Positions 9,719-19,312 of a stretch of DNA of 64,000 nucleotides are shown here, piece after piece. The first letter of the stretch is position 1; the number at the start of each line of letters is the position of its first letter. The notes under the pieces are model-generated. The model did no database searches. It was not told the origin of the DNA and saw only the letters and a program-made list of their open reading frames with translations. The stretch spans positions 256,001-320,000 of the forward strand of contig CAXWPJ010000002.1 of the NCBI GenBank assembly GCA_963664115.2, written 5' to 3'. The position numbers and the translations under genes were made by a program. The stretch comes from Terriglobia bacterium. GTDB taxonomy: Bacteria; Acidobacteriota; Terriglobia; 20CM-2-55-15.

Positions 9719-10822
9719 GTGATGTCCAGGAACGATCGAATACTCACCCTGTCGTGTGAGAATAGAGTTCCGATGACTGGCACTGGCAACACGGGCAGGA
9801 TGGCTGGAGAGTCTGGCCTGTTCACGGCCTGGGAGCGGCACACCCGCCGATGGGCGCTCGTATTTGCAGTGTTGACGCTGGTGGTGTCCGCACTCGTCAC
9901 ATTCGTGTTCATGCGCACGGGTCGGGATGGGGCGGTCGCGCTTGTGTTTACGTTGATCCCGGCACTTGTGGTTTACGCCTGGTGGACACGGAGGATCCGA
10001 CGCCGGCGAGCCATCCTCCGTAAACCATTCCCACGCGAATGGGAAGCGGTACTGCAGCGAGACGTCGTCTTCTTTAGGGTGCTCGACGGATCAGACCAAC
10101 AGCGGTTTCGTCGTCAGCTACAGGTGTTTCTGGGAGAGAAGCGAATTACAGGCATCAAAGTACAGCTCGATACGACGACACGCGTGCTTGCCGCCACCAG
10201 CGCCATCATTCCCATCTTCGGATTCCCCGACTGGGAATGGGACCAGATTAACGAGGTGCTGATCTATCCGACACGGTTCGACGGCAAATTCGAGTTCGGC
10301 GACACGCGAGCTCACAACACCCTCGGCATGGTCGGAACGGGCAGTCTGAACCGGCTTATGATCCTCTCCAAGCCCGATCTGATCAACGGTTTCAGGAACC
10401 CGACCGACAAGCGGAACGTGGGTGTACATGAGTTCGCGCATCTGGTCGACAAGACTGACGGCGTGATCGACGGAGTACCGGAGGTGGGACTCAACCGGCA
10501 GGCAATCGGGCCCTGGATTGATCTGGTGCGACGCAAGATGGCAGAAATCGAGGCGGGCACCTCTGACATCAACCGCTATGCGCTGACGAACGAGGCGGAA
10601 TTTTTCGCCGTGATAGCGGAGTATTTTTTCGAGCGGCCCGTTGTTATGCAACGCAAACACCCGGCCCTTTACGAGGCTCTCGAACGTGTGTTCAACCAGA
10701 GTCTTCGCGTTCGTGCGGATGCATTTCGGAGAGAGCTGTCCAAGGGTCGGCCGAGGTTCGGTCGGAATTCGCCTTGTCCGTGTGGGAGCGGACTCAAGTT
10801 CAAGAAGTGCTGTCGGGAGTAA
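9719..10822 (+). CDS. Zinc-dependent peptidase M90 (MtfA-like) with N-terminal TM helices and C-terminal SEC-C motif; start may be 9773 or 9800
   Basis: [20 protein letters not shown] and [18 protein letters not shown]. Confidence 0.9.
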   Translation: MMSRNDRILTLSCENRVPMTGTGNTGRMAGESGLFTAWERHTRRWALVFAVLTLVVSALVTFVFMRTGRDGAVALVFTLIPALVVYAWWTRRIRRRRAILRKPFPREWEAVLQRDVVFFRVLDGSDQQRFRRQLQVFLGEKRITGIKVQLDTTTRVLAATSAIIPIFGFPDWEWDQINEVLIYPTRFDGKFEFGDTRAHNTLGMVGTGSLNRLMILSKPDLINGFRNPTDKRNVGVHEFAHLVDKTDGVIDGVPEVGLNRQAIGPWIDLVRRKMAEIEAGTSDINRYALTNEAEFFAVIAEYFFERPVVMQRKHPALYEALERVFNQSLRVRADAFRRELSKGRPRFGRNSPCPCGSGLKFKKCCRE

Positions 10823-10909
10823 CCCTGTGACAGCAATCGTATTTTCACTTTCGCGCGCGACTGGCGTAATTGGGGGGCGGACCTTGTAGGGTAGAGCGGT
10901 GCTGAGCCC

Positions 10910-10963
10910 TGAAATCCATTCTCAAGTCCCGAAAAATCATCTTGTCGGACATTGAGAATTTCA
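10910..10963 (+). repeat. Palindromic dispersed repeat, copy R5 (extended arms)
   Basis: tgaaatccattctcaagtcccgaaaa-atcatc-ttgtcggacattgagaatttca. Confidence 0.95.
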
Positions 10964-11016
10964 CGGTGCTTATTGGCGTTAAGATCGCGCCGCCTGGCCA
11001 AATGCCGTTGGCCTCA

Positions 11017-11052
11017 ATCTGGTTTGAAGAACTGACCGAACGGGTGCCGGTG
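11017..11052 (+). pseudogene. Ser/Thr kinase 3' stub (WFEELTERVPV)
   Basis: tggtttgaagaactgaccgaacgggtgccggtg. Confidence 0.65.
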
Positions 11053-11115
11053 GAATGGGTCTGAGCTATTGGCTCACACTCGAATCGCTTCTCACGCACT
11101 CCCCGCCGAGAACCG

Positions 11116-13086
11116 TTACGGTAGACTGAACGCCACCAACTCGGCGGGATGTTGGCTGTCGCCAATCGCTACGACGATGTATTGCTGGCCCCCGAACATG
11201 TAGCTGACCGGTGGTCCTGTCGTACCCGCAGGGAGTTCCGTTTCCCACCGGGTTTCTCCCGTTGCCTTGTCGTAGGCGCGGAACTTGTTGCCACCACTGT
11301 TCGTTACGATCTCGGCCGGCATTCCCGGTGGAACCCGCGGGTCATTGTCGACGTCGATGTTCGTCAGACCTTCGCCCATGAACAACAGGGTTTTGGTAAG
11401 CAGAGGCGAAGGCCGCCCGGGGTAGCCGAGCGGTCCTAGATTCAGATGTTCAATTGCCGGGTGATCACGGGGGCCGTCTCCATTCGGAACCATCCAAACG
11501 TGCTCGCCTGTATTCATGTCGATGGCCGTGATCCTCCCGTAAGGTGGCTTGAACAGCGGCAGGCCACGCGGTCCCGCGATCCAACGTCGCGTACCCTTCA
11601 CGTACCTTAGGTTCTCTCGTTCAGGATTGCCTGGCCGAAGGTCGGCCACAAACGGCGACGTTATCGAAGGGATATACAGATAGCCAGTGTCAGGATCGAA
11701 CGCCGCACCCTGCACATCACCTCCGCCCTGCGAACCTGGAAGTTGAATCGTTCCCAGCGTGCTATTGGGGCCATCGCCGCGAATCGATGGCGGAGTGAAC
11801 AGGGGGCCAGTGACGTAGCGCCGCACGATCTCAATCGCTTCAGCGCGAAGCTCCGGCGTGAAATCGATCAGATTGTCCTCGATGGAGCCTTGCAGGTCGA
11901 ATGGTGCGGGCATTGTCGGGAACGGTTGTGTCGGAGAAGTCTGCTCGCCCGGTGTCGTCGACTGAGGTACAAGCCGGTCTTCGATGGGCCAGACCGGCTC
12001 GCCGGTCTCGCGGTCAAAAACGAAAGTGAACGCCTGCTTTGTGATTTGCGCGACTGCTTTGATCGGCTGACCATCCACCGTGATGTCCATCAGAATGGGT
12101 GCTGCGGGAAGATCGTAATCCCACAAGCCATGACGGACGGTTTGGAAGTGCCATACTCTTTCCCCGGTCTCTGCGTCCACCGCGACGAGGCTCTGACTGA
12201 ACAGATTGTCGCCAATCCGGTGGCCGCCATACATGTCACTCGTTGCTGACGAGATCGGCATGTAGACGTAACCGAGATCTTCATCGGCGCTGAACAACGC
12301 CCATACGGGTGCATGGCCCGTATAAGACCATGCGTTGTCTTCCCAAGTGTCGGTACCGAACTCTCCAGCTTGAGGAATAGTGTGGTACACCCAGCGTAGC
12401 GCGCCAGTACGTACATCGAAAGCACGCACATCGCCTCTTATGGCCTCTTTCGTCGCGAACGTATCCGACATCGTATGACCCACGACGACCACGTCCCGCA
12501 CAACCAGCGGCGCGCCGCCCCACCGGTAGAATGCACCTGCAGCCAAACCGGTCCTCAGATCGACCCGACCCGAGTCACCGAAATCGGCGTACAGCTCTCC
12601 GGTCTCCGCGTCGAGGGCGTACATATACTGTCCGCGTTGGACGAGGATCCGCCCGTTGGTTCCGTCAGACCAGTACGCCACGCCACGGGTACTCACTCCA
12701 GCGAGCTCCTCGCCAACAGGAGGTTCCTGAACCCAGATTGTCTCGCCCGTTCCTGGATCAAACGCTTCGACGAGACCAATCCCGTTCGGAATGAAAGCGA
12801 CACCATCCACCACGAGCGGGAGGGTGGGGTAGTTGTTCGAGAAGCTAAGCTCTGAATTCTCATCTAGGTAATATTCATCCACGATTGGGCGCTGCCAAGC
12901 GATCTGTAGCCTGTTGACATTGCTGGCGTCGATCTGACTGAGTGGTGTGTACTTAGTGCCGCCGATGTCGCCGCCGAACGTACGCCACTCGCCGTCGGCG
13001 GCACCCATCTGAGCCTGGGCAGACGGAATCAGCAATAACGTACTGATCACGACACCGCACCACAGGGGAAAGAATTTCGTGGTCAT
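11116..13086 (-). CDS. Secreted PQQ-dependent dehydrogenase (glucose/quinate family)
   Basis: Signal peptide; YTPLSQIDASNV, WHFQTVRHGLWDYD, PPYGRITAIDMNTGE and YDKATGE..W motifs. Confidence 0.92.
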   Translation of the reverse strand: MTTKFFPLWCGVVISTLLLIPSAQAQMGAADGEWRTFGGDIGGTKYTPLSQIDASNVNRLQIAWQRPIVDEYYLDENSELSFSNNYPTLPLVVDGVAFIPNGIGLVEAFDPGTGETIWVQEPPVGEELAGVSTRGVAYWSDGTNGRILVQRGQYMYALDAETGELYADFGDSGRVDLRTGLAAGAFYRWGGAPLVVRDVVVVGHTMSDTFATKEAIRGDVRAFDVRTGALRWVYHTIPQAGEFGTDTWEDNAWSYTGHAPVWALFSADEDLGYVYMPISSATSDMYGGHRIGDNLFSQSLVAVDAETGERVWHFQTVRHGLWDYDLPAAPILMDITVDGQPIKAVAQITKQAFTFVFDRETGEPVWPIEDRLVPQSTTPGEQTSPTQPFPTMPAPFDLQGSIEDNLIDFTPELRAEAIEIVRRYVTGPLFTPPSIRGDGPNSTLGTIQLPGSQGGGDVQGAAFDPDTGYLYIPSITSPFVADLRPGNPERENLRYVKGTRRWIAGPRGLPLFKPPYGRITAIDMNTGEHVWMVPNGDGPRDHPAIEHLNLGPLGYPGRPSPLLTKTLLFMGEGLTNIDVDNDPRVPPGMPAEIVTNSGGNKFRAYDKATGETRWETELPAGTTGPPVSYMFGGQQYIVVAIGDSQHPAELVAFSLP

Positions 13087-13242
13087 CTTCAGGACCTCCA
13101 ATGTCAGAAATCGTAAGGCAAAAATGGGCTGACTGAGTCTTTACCGGATGCTAGTTTGGCCTTCCAACCATGTCAAAAGAAAATGTGCTGTGAATCGTCA
13201 ACCATCCAGATCGTCCGATACGATCACGCCCGCCCGACACCG

Positions 13243-13302
13243 CAGATCAACATCGTCTTGAACTGGTTTGAAGAATTGAAGGAACGGGTGCCGGTGCCGT
13301 AA
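13243..13302 (+). pseudogene. Ser/Thr kinase 3' stub ([19 protein letters not shown])
   Basis: Longest tail stub; followed about 30 bp later by a degenerate palindrome. Confidence 0.75.
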
Positions 13303-13330
13303 AACAGCTCGTTCGCCCCTACCGCCCGCT

Positions 13331-13375
13331 AAAATCCATTCTCAATTCCCGATAAATCTTAGCGGACCTTGAAAA
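13331..13375 (+). repeat. Degenerate palindrome copy R6
   Basis: aaaatccattctcaattcccgataaatcttagcggaccttgaaaa. Confidence 0.75.
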
Positions 13376-13393
13376 ACCTCCGAAATCGCGGCC

Positions 13394-13474
13394 AATTTTC
13401 ACAGTCCGACTGTGTCGTTTAGAGATTTTGATGCCTATAACTCCTTCCTTTTAATATTCTTTATCGTGATTTTC
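13394..13474. repeat. Inverted variant palindrome (R7) plus kinase-upstream motif; homologous to 55243-55312 joined to 58319-58351
   Basis: aattttcacagtccgactgtgtcgttt...ctccttccttttaatattctttatcgtgattttc aligns to aattctcagcgtccgacaatgtcgttt...ctccctcccttagtattctttaccgagattttc. Confidence 0.7.
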
Positions 13475-13659
13475 ATAGAGTAAACTACTGGGTGAAGGGC
13501 GTGGAGTTCAGAGGAGATCTGCAATCTGGCAAATCGTGGTGTCGAATTGATTCTCTTTGTTACAGGCAGCTTTATCGTGATTTTCATAGAGTAAACTACC
13601 GTGGAGTTCAGAGGACGATCTCAATCTGGCAAATCGTGGTGTCGAATTGATTCTCTTTG
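13459..13659 (+). repeat. Imperfect tandem duplication of about 90-100 bp
   Basis: ctttatcgtgattttcatagagtaaactac...gtggagttcagagga...caatctggcaaatcgtggtgtcgaattgattctctttg at 13459-13559 and 13570-13659. Confidence 0.9.
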
Positions 13660-13777
13660 CAGCAGCAGGGCCAGCCTTCTCGCCGGTTTTGCCCGCCCAG
13701 GGGGGCCGGAAGAGCACGATCCGTCATTCTGGCAGTGCCGACGGAAATGAGCAGCCCATCATGTGGAGGATACCAGA

Positions 13778-14173
13778 ATGAAAACCAAGTGGTTCCATCG
13801 TTGGTGGATCCAAAGTCTGAAACTGGTCGGAATTCTGTTCGCGGTTTCCGCCGCCCTCTATGCGCACCATTCCGAAGTGGTATACGACAACTCCCGCACC
13901 ATCGAACTGAAGGGGACGGTGACGGAGTTCCGCTTTATCAACCCGCACGCCACTATTCATTTCACCGTGGGGAACGCGCAGGGCGTCCAAGAAGATTGGA
14001 TCGCCGAAATGGGTCCCGTGGGCGGTCTCGTCCGCAGCGGATGGAACAAGACCACGATTAAGTCGGGCGATCAGATCGAAATGGTATCTTATCCCCACAA
14101 GGACGGTCTCCACCGCATCCGGTTTGTCCGCCTGGTCGTAAACGGAGAGGTCCTCCGCGAACGCGACGAATAA
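13778..14173 (+). CDS. DUF6152-like small secreted protein
   Basis: Signal peptide, AHHS, FINPHA; GGAGG RBS. Confidence 0.85.
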   Translation: MKTKWFHRWWIQSLKLVGILFAVSAALYAHHSEVVYDNSRTIELKGTVTEFRFINPHATIHFTVGNAQGVQEDWIAEMGPVGGLVRSGWNKTTIKSGDQIEMVSYPHKDGLHRIRFVRLVVNGEVLRERDE

Positions 14174-14357
14174 GGGCGCTCGTCTTCGCTCAGTCGGAAC
14201 TGTGTTGCGGTAGGGCTGCTTCTGCTTCCCGGGCGTGGTTGTGAGCCTTGCTCTCTTTGCATTCCCTGTGGGAGCCGTCGCTGTGGGCAACCGCCGGGTG
14301 AGCGCTCCGGAGTGTCCCGCTCGTGCTTTGGCGCTCGTGATTTGGAGGAATTCCAAG

Positions 14358-15269
14358 ATGCGAAATCGTTTGCTTTTGCTTGGTTCACTGCTCGGTGTAG
14401 GAATTCTGCTGGTTGTCTCGCCCCCGACCTCGGCGCATGGAGGCCAGGCGCAGGAACAGGCCAGGCCGGTGCCCCGCCAGGCGGACGGAAAGCCGGATCT
14501 CTCCGGCATTTGGGCACGGAGTGGGTCGGTGAACCGTTATTTTACTAGCAGCGGCTCCGGCGTAAGTACGGCTGAGGAAGCCATGCGCCCCGAGGCCCGC
14601 GAGAAATACAGGGACCAGCTCGCCGCCGCAAAGGTCCGCACGATTGAGCGCGACTTATATGACCCCTACGTCAAATCCTGCGCTCCGGTCGGCATCACCC
14701 GCTTGATCAACGAGGGCGGCGGCAGCGGGCGTCCGTTCGAGATATTTCATCTCCCCAACCGCGTCTTCTTTCACTATGAGTGGGACCACTGGCCACGCAA
14801 CATCTGGATGGACGGCCGCCCGCATCCCGATCCCGCCGTCGCTCCTTCCACCTGGATGGGCCACTCCACCGCCCGCTGGGACGGCGACACGCTCGTCGTC
14901 GACACCGTCGGGTTCAACGACATCACCTGGCTCGACACCCAGGGGCATCCCCACAGCGAATCGTTGCGCCTGATCGAACGTTACCGGCCCCTGAATTACG
15001 ACACTATGGAACTCCAAGTTACCTTCGAGGACCCGGAAATCTATACCGAGGCGGTGGTCGGAAATACGCTGACATTGCGGCGGATGCCAGACGTCGAACT
15101 CCAGGAATGGGTTGTCTGCGACGACCGCATCCGCGAGATGTACGCGACCGATGTCTGCGAGATCACCGGTGCCTGGGAGTTCGAGGCCTACTGCAACCGC
15201 CGGGAACAAGGTCTGCCGATGGACGATCTGTTCAACAATCGCGGCGGCCCCACCGGTCCGCGTGAGTGA
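14358..15269 (+). CDS. Secreted beta-rich protein (DUF6152 partner family)
   Basis: GKPDLSGIW, CAPVGITR, MGHSTARWDGDTLVVDT, EDPEIYT, EWVVC. Confidence 0.85.
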   Translation: MRNRLLLLGSLLGVGILLVVSPPTSAHGGQAQEQARPVPRQADGKPDLSGIWARSGSVNRYFTSSGSGVSTAEEAMRPEAREKYRDQLAAAKVRTIERDLYDPYVKSCAPVGITRLINEGGGSGRPFEIFHLPNRVFFHYEWDHWPRNIWMDGRPHPDPAVAPSTWMGHSTARWDGDTLVVDTVGFNDITWLDTQGHPHSESLRLIERYRPLNYDTMELQVTFEDPEIYTEAVVGNTLTLRRMPDVELQEWVVCDDRIREMYATDVCEITGAWEFEAYCNRREQGLPMDDLFNNRGGPTGPRE

Positions 15270-15413
15270 TCGCTTTGCGCTGCGCCCCGCAAAGAAATTG
15301 CTGACAATGATCCGCTGGTTTACTACGTTGATGTCGCGACTCCGTTTCACTCACACTTTTTTGGAAAATAAATATAGGAATACCAACTAGTTATAGCCAG
15401 CCTTTAAGGGCTT

Positions 15414-15442
15414 AAAATCCCGTTGGCGGACGTCGAGATTTC
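15414..15442 (+). repeat. Collapsed/degenerate palindrome copy R8
   Basis: aaaatcc..ttggcggacgtcgagatttc resembles the outer left arm plus the right arm. Confidence 0.5.
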
Positions 15443-15514
15443 GTGTACACCTAACCCAAGTGTCTCGTAGACTACCCCCAGCGATCTAAGCCCTGACCTA
15501 ACAAGCCACTGACT

Positions 15515-15713
15515 ATGGAATCCGGCACACAACTCGGCCACTACTAAATCCTCTTCGCCATCGGTAAAGGCGGCATGGGTGAAGTGTGGAAAGCGAAGGA
15601 CACCAAACTCGGGCGTGAAGTTGCCATCAATTCGCTTCCTGAAGAGTTCGCAAAAGATGCGAATCGTCCAGAACTGGTTTGAAGAACTGAAGGAACGAGT
15701 GCGGGTTCCCTAA
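15515..15713 (+). pseudogene. Internally deleted Ser/Thr protein kinase (N-terminus fused to C-terminal tail)
   Basis: [47 protein letters not shown] joined at atcgtc to [16 protein letters not shown]. Confidence 0.85.
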
Positions 15714-15722
15714 TTTTCGAGG

Positions 15723-15760
15723 TCAAGTCCTGACAAATCATCTTCTCGGACGTTGAGAAA
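15723..15760 (+). repeat. Palindromic dispersed repeat, copy R9
   Basis: tcaagtcctgacaa-atcatc-ttctcggacgttgagaaa. Confidence 0.95.
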
Positions 15761-15816
15761 TGAACCAATCCCGCCCCATGCAGGCTAAGAGCCAGATTTA
15801 CCAATGGAGAATAACG

Positions 15817-16104
15817 ATGAAATCACTTGCGTGTGGTGTTCTGGCCTTAGCACTACTGACAGTCTTCTTGCTGAATCCCGCACGCACCACACTGGCGCAA
15901 ACGGGACCCGCGATGCCTCCGGGTGTCAGCGAAGAGTCTTGGATCCCACTCTCTGATCGATCCGGTATCCTGATCACCAGATCTGGGTCAGACACAAATG
16001 GTCCCCAAGGAAGGGTTATCGTTGAGATTGACGGCCAGTGGACCGATATCGATCTGGTAAACCGCCGAGGTGCTTTCAGAGAATTGAACCGTGAGATTCC
16101 ATAG
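15817..16104 (+). CDS. Small secreted hypothetical protein (sole gene between R9 and R10)
   Basis: GGAG RBS, signal peptide, 95 aa. Confidence 0.65.
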   Translation: MKSLACGVLALALLTVFLLNPARTTLAQTGPAMPPGVSEESWIPLSDRSGILITRSGSDTNGPQGRVIVEIDGQWTDIDLVNRRGAFRELNREIP

Positions 16105-16112
16105 AGATAATC

Positions 16113-16163
16113 GTGAAAATTGTTCTCAAGTTCTGACAAATCATCTAGTCGGAAATTCAGAAT
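16113..16163 (+). repeat. Palindromic dispersed repeat, copy R10
   Basis: gtgaaaattgttctcaagttctgacaa-atcatc-tagtcggaaattcagaat. Confidence 0.9.
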
Positions 16164-16298
16164 CGAGTGTTCAGTCCAGAACATGGCTGTGATTGGGTTC
16201 TACCAAATGATTTCGGGCGATGGTGGAGTTGTGGCGACAAAAACGTCTGGAGCTCGGGATTGTTCCGCCCCGCGACTTGTAGCGGATTAGCGAATCCC

Positions 16299-16335
16299 TG
16301 AGATCCGTTCTCAAGTCCTGACATATCACCTTGTT
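16299..16335 (+). repeat. Partial palindrome copy R11 (left arm plus spacer)
   Basis: tgagatccgttctcaagtcctgacatatcaccttgtt. Confidence 0.8.
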
Positions 16336-16486
16336 GCTGTACCAGCTATCTTTGCGACAGGAAATGACAAGCGCAAGATCGTCGTTTTTTTCACAGCTGC
16401 AGTTCACGTGGGCCTTGAACTGTTCCTGTGCAGAGGGTCCGGTGTGTCCAGTTCCAGAAGCCACGGCCCTCGTCCGCATTGCTTCC

Positions 16487-16532
16487 TCGATTGGCGTCGT
16501 CGTCAGCCATCGATTGGCGTCGTCGTCAGCCA
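16487..16532 (+). repeat. Perfect 23 bp tandem duplication
   Basis: tcgattggcgtcgtcgtcagcca x2. Confidence 0.95.
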
Positions 16533-16662
16533 TCGCGATCGCAAGTTCCTCAGGCTCCTATACTCCGTTTGTTCACGCTACTCGAAACGGCTTCTTTCAC
16601 TTGAGATCCCGGTGTACACTCCCTTGCTAAGAAGGCATTCCATTGGAAAATGGAGTCGTTGC

Positions 16663-17526
16663 ATGCGAAACAGGAATAGAAGCGTGCTCCTTGTGATTGT
16701 TGCGACCACCGTGATGGGGGTCCTCGCCATTGCGGTCGAGCCGGCTGCTGCTCAGGACGCATCCTACAGGGCGCCACGTTTGCTTGGAACGGACAACCCT
16801 GCTTTGAACGGTATCTGGCAGGCTCTCAACACAGCCCATTGGGACATCCGGCCCCATGCGGCAGGATCTTCCGCCTTCCCCGAACTCCTCGGTGCGATCG
16901 GGGCTGTGCCCCCTGGGCAGGGCGTAATCGAGGGTAACGGAATTCCGTATCAGCCGTGGGCCGCGGAACAACAGAGAGAGAACTTCGAGCAACGGTTCAC
17001 TCGACCCACGGACCTTCTTACCAATGAGACGGCCGGAGATCCCGAGGCCAAATGCTTTCTTCCGGGAGTACCGCGCGCCACCTACATGCCCTTTCCGTTT
17101 CAGATTTTTCATACTCCGGGATTGATCTTGATTTCCTATGAATATGCGAGTGCAACCCGCCAGATCCATCTCGATCGCGAGCCACAGAGCCCCAATGTGT
17201 CGTGGATGGGCTGGTCGATCGGCCGCTGGGAAGGGGATACGCTGGTGGTCGACGTAACGGATCAGCTCGGCCGGACGTGGCTCGACCGTGCGGGGAACTT
17301 CTACAGCGAGGCCGTCCATGTAGTGGAGCGTTACACTCCGATAAGTTCGAATCACCTGATGTACGAAGCGACTATCGAGGACCCGAACGTGTTTACGGGG
17401 CCGTGGACGATCCGCATGCCGCTCTACCGGCGCATCGAAGAACAGGCGGAACTCTTGGAATTCAAGTGCGTGGAATTCGCTGAAGAATTCATGTACGGGC
17501 AATTCATTGAAGACGCGAACGACTGA
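16663..17526 (+). CDS. Secreted beta-rich protein (DUF6152 partner family); close paralog of 29095-30084
   Basis: LNGIWQA, DPEAKCFLPGVPRA, MGWSIGRWEGDTLVVDV, EDPNVFTGPW, EFKC. Confidence 0.85.
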   Translation: MRNRNRSVLLVIVATTVMGVLAIAVEPAAAQDASYRAPRLLGTDNPALNGIWQALNTAHWDIRPHAAGSSAFPELLGAIGAVPPGQGVIEGNGIPYQPWAAEQQRENFEQRFTRPTDLLTNETAGDPEAKCFLPGVPRATYMPFPFQIFHTPGLILISYEYASATRQIHLDREPQSPNVSWMGWSIGRWEGDTLVVDVTDQLGRTWLDRAGNFYSEAVHVVERYTPISSNHLMYEATIEDPNVFTGPWTIRMPLYRRIEEQAELLEFKCVEFAEEFMYGQFIEDAND

Positions 17527-17560
17527 ACTGCCGTTGGGAAGAACAGACAGGAGGTTTCAG

Positions 17561-18586
17561 ATGAGCGATCGATTTCTCACCCGAATGGGAGTACCGGCGA
17601 CCTGCGTTGCCCTCGTCCTGCTTGTCGGGACACCGCTTGCCGGTCAGGCACCGGACGGAGAGACGAAACGGACACCGTGGGGGGACCCGGACCTGCAGGG
17701 CGTGTACACGTTCTCGACACCGACACCCATGGAACGACCCGAAGCGCTTGGGACCCAGGAGACCTACACCGATGCTGAACTGGCCCAACTGGATACGCAG
17801 GCAGCGTCGCGGAATGCAGACCGTGCGCGTCAATCCGAGGGCCGGCCGTCAGGCGGCTATGACCGCACCTGGACGACGGGCGAACGAGGAAGCCGCACCA
17901 ATCGCACATCGCTGATCATAGACCCACCAAACGGGCTCATACCTCCGTTAACGCCCGAGGCGCAGCGGCTCGAAGCCGAGCGAAGAGCTGAAGAAGAGTC
18001 GCGGCAAGTATCGATAATCCGGGAGGGCGAGGCTGCTCTGGACCTGGTGTACAACTCCTGGAACGACCTTTCCGGGTATATCCGTTGCGTGGGACGCCCC
18101 GTACCTCGATTCGGGGGAGCGTACAACCATGGGATTCAGATTCTGCAGACTCCCGGCTACGTCGTGCTTCACTACGAGAGCATGCACGACGCTCGCATCA
18201 TACCCCTGGACGGAAGTCCGGCGCTGGACTCGAGCATCCGCCAATGGAACGGCAGTTCACGGGGCCACTGGGAGGGCGATACGCTGGTTGTCCACCTGAC
18301 TAATTTGACGGACAAGCAACTCTTCAGGGGGACGCTGCTTCCCATGGGCGACATGGAGTTTGTGGAACGCTTCACGAGGATCGACGAGAACACGGTCCGA
18401 TACGAAGTGACGGTAAACGATCCGACGACGTGGACCGAACCCTGGACCTTCGTCCTTCCCTGGAGGAGCGATGACCAATATCAACTTCCGGAACATATAT
18501 ACGAATTCGCCTGTCACGAGGGGAACTACAGAATGATGGAGGGGACGCTCAGGGGATCTCGCACGCTGCTTGAACAGACCCAATAA
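17561..18586 (+). CDS. Secreted beta-rich protein (DUF6152 partner family, long type)
   Basis: RTPWGDPDLQGV, TSLIIDPPNG, GSSRGHWEGDTLVV, YEFACHEGNY. Confidence 0.85.
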   Translation: MSDRFLTRMGVPATCVALVLLVGTPLAGQAPDGETKRTPWGDPDLQGVYTFSTPTPMERPEALGTQETYTDAELAQLDTQAASRNADRARQSEGRPSGGYDRTWTTGERGSRTNRTSLIIDPPNGLIPPLTPEAQRLEAERRAEEESRQVSIIREGEAALDLVYNSWNDLSGYIRCVGRPVPRFGGAYNHGIQILQTPGYVVLHYESMHDARIIPLDGSPALDSSIRQWNGSSRGHWEGDTLVVHLTNLTDKQLFRGTLLPMGDMEFVERFTRIDENTVRYEVTVNDPTTWTEPWTFVLPWRSDDQYQLPEHIYEFACHEGNYRMMEGTLRGSRTLLEQTQ

Positions 18587-18683
18587 TGAATAAGAAAGTT
18601 GCACTTCTGGGGTGCGTGGTCGCCCTCACCAGTGAAAATTGGTGTGACCAAGTTTCGTATGACCAAGTAAGGAGGTATATCGG

Positions 18684-19100
18684 ATGCGAATCATAAAACT
18701 GCCTGTTGTTGTTCTCGGCCTGTGCTGTTTACTGTTGCTGACCGTCGCGCCGGCCGGGGCGCATCATGCCTTTGCCGCGGAGTATGACTCCACCCGGCCA
18801 ATCGAGTTCCAGGGGACGATCACGAAGGTGGAACTGATAAATCCACACAGTTGGATCACGATAGACGTCCGGCTCGACGACGGCACGACGGAATCCTGGG
18901 AAATCGAAGCCGGCGCTCCCAACTCTTTGTACAGGCGAGGCTTTACGCGGGATTCCCTGCCGATTGGAACAGAGGTCACGGTCCGGGGTTACAGGGCCAA
19001 ATACGAAGGATTGAGGCGGGCCAACGGCGGGAGCATCACGATGTTGGACGGATCCACGATTTTCCTGGGAGGCTCCAATCCGAACAATCGGGACCGGTAA
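18684..19100 (+). CDS. DUF6152-like small secreted protein
   Basis: AHHAFAAEYD, INPHSWI, EAGAPNSLYRRG. Confidence 0.9.
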   Translation: MRIIKLPVVVLGLCCLLLLTVAPAGAHHAFAAEYDSTRPIEFQGTITKVELINPHSWITIDVRLDDGTTESWEIEAGAPNSLYRRGFTRDSLPIGTEVTVRGYRAKYEGLRRANGGSITMLDGSTIFLGGSNPNNRDR

Positions 19101-19312
19101 GCCCTCGGCCTCCTTTCGGGCTGGTCTTACGGGGACCAATCGGCTTGAAGTCTGCCCATTTCGGAGTGGCGGCCCCAGGCGCCCGCAACTGGCGCGCAGT
19201 CCAAACTCTGTTGGAAATCGCTAGACGCGCAAAAAGCTTTACGTTCAAGATATCGATTGCCACCGATTTTGGCTTCCATGCCATCGGCCCAGGCCTCGGT
19301 GCTGGTCTTCAA

